NCBI GenBank assembly: GCA_963552855.1
Contig: CAUVMZ010000001.1
Span: 1-44,031 of the forward strand
Origin: an uncultured Corynebacterium sp.
GTDB lineage: Bacteria; Actinomycetota; Actinomycetes; Mycobacteriales; Mycobacteriaceae
Direction of reading: 5' to 3'
Length of the DNA stretch: 44,031 nt
Shown one piece after another: positions 43,282 to 44,031 of the stretch (position 1 is its first letter; every line of letters begins with the position of its first letter). The notes below the pieces were generated by a model. The model saw only the letters and a program-made list of their open reading frames with translations, ran no database searches and was not told the DNA's origin. The translations under genes were made by a program, and so were the position numbers.

Positions 43282-43914
43282 TCAGCACCAGACAATCGGA
43301 GAAGTGATACGCGCGCTGCCGAAAGAGCGCTCCGCCTTCGTAAGCGCCTTATCAATAGCAGCGTTGAACTCGGCCTCAGCCTTGACGCCGGCATCCGGCT
43401 TAGACCACGGCTTGTCTTCGTACAACATCAGGCGCGCCATCGCACCAAGGCGAATCTGTTCGCGGAACGCCACGTACAACTCATCGGGGATCCCGGAAGC
43501 GCTATCGCTCGGTTTGACAGACAGACTTACGGAAACCTCGCCGGCATCTACCGGAATCGGATATAGCCGAACAACGCCCGGGATGTTCTGCAAGTAAGCA
43601 TTCGGCTGCCCGGAGTGTGAGCGCCAGTCGTCAAACGAACGTCGGGCAAGCTGAGCAGATGTAGTAATGGACAATCTGGTTGCGTCAAACCAAAGATCAT
43701 TGATGCGCACAAGATCGCACTCAAAATCTTCGGGGAGAATAGAAAGATCAACATTCCCGGCCTCAACCGGAATTGCTTCAACATCAACCGTCCATGCCCG
43801 CGATCTTTCAAAAAAAACTTGAGCGGCACGCAGCAATTCGCGCTCAACAATTACCACGGGACACTGTGGCAATCTCGGCAGAAGATCAGGAACCCACGAC
43901 GCCCAAGTTTTCAT
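43282..43914 (-). CDS. Phage adaptor/connector-like structural protein
   Basis: PQCPVVIVERELLRAAQVFFERSRAW..VRLYPIP..GAMARLMLYEDKPWS. Confidence 0.65.
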   Translation of the reverse strand: MKTWASWVPDLLPRLPQCPVVIVERELLRAAQVFFERSRAWTVDVEAIPVEAGNVDLSILPEDFECDLVRINDLWFDATRLSITTSAQLARRSFDDWRSHSGQPNAYLQNIPGVVRLYPIPVDAGEVSVSLSVKPSDSASGIPDELYVAFREQIRLGAMARLMLYEDKPWSKPDAGVKAEAEFNAAIDKALTKAERSFGSARITSPIVWC

Positions 43915-43921
43915 CTTTTAC

Positions 43922-44029
43922 TCAATCGCCAGACGTAGGCGCAGGTTTGCGCGAGGCGCGCTTTTTGGCGGGCATCTCAATCGGGGCGGAATTTTCGTCG
44001 CCTTCTCCGCCTTCTCCGCCTTCTCCGCC
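43922..44029 (-). CDS. 3' end of a low-complexity virion-module gene, truncated by the window edge
   Basis: Own translation ...GGEGGEGGEGDENSAPIEMPAKKRASRKPAPTSGD*; 9-bp tandem repeat CCTTCTCCG. Confidence 0.5.
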   Translation of the reverse strand, partial: GGEGGEGGEGDENSAPIEMPAKKRASRKPAPTSGD

Positions 44030-44031
44030 TT

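Overview
This window is most of the genome of a temperate dsDNA phage. The virion genes look podovirus-like and the host is probably betaproteobacterial (inference). The sequence is in the attP (free/excised) configuration: a tRNA-Leu 3'-end core at 25017-25039 has phage genes on both sides. From left to right: (1) a leftward replication operon with a TOPRIM primase, an SF2 helicase carrying a 335-aa LAGLIDADG intein, and a ParB-fold protein whose gene contains 18-bp palindromic iteron-like sites; (2) a lambdoid cro/cI switch with recognisable PR, PL and shared operators; (3) a ~7.5-kb accessory island between cI and PL (ParB-fold/HEPN-like protein plus D12 adenine methylase, DUF2335-like pair, STAS-like plus TM protein, candidate sRNAs, BstA-like KilA-N protein, P63C protein, DinD/Bro protein, gene remnants); (4) the PL operon with two antisense-RNA-gated antirepressor cassettes, Erf/YqaJ/SSB, a beta-solenoid protein, brnTA, xis, a moron and the integrase; (5) leftward virion genes including a 2568-aa modular polyvalent protein, an ejection protein, a GNAT, tail fibres and adaptors. 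Capsid, terminase and lysis genes lie outside the window. Family calls come from motif recognition by eye; no searches were run.
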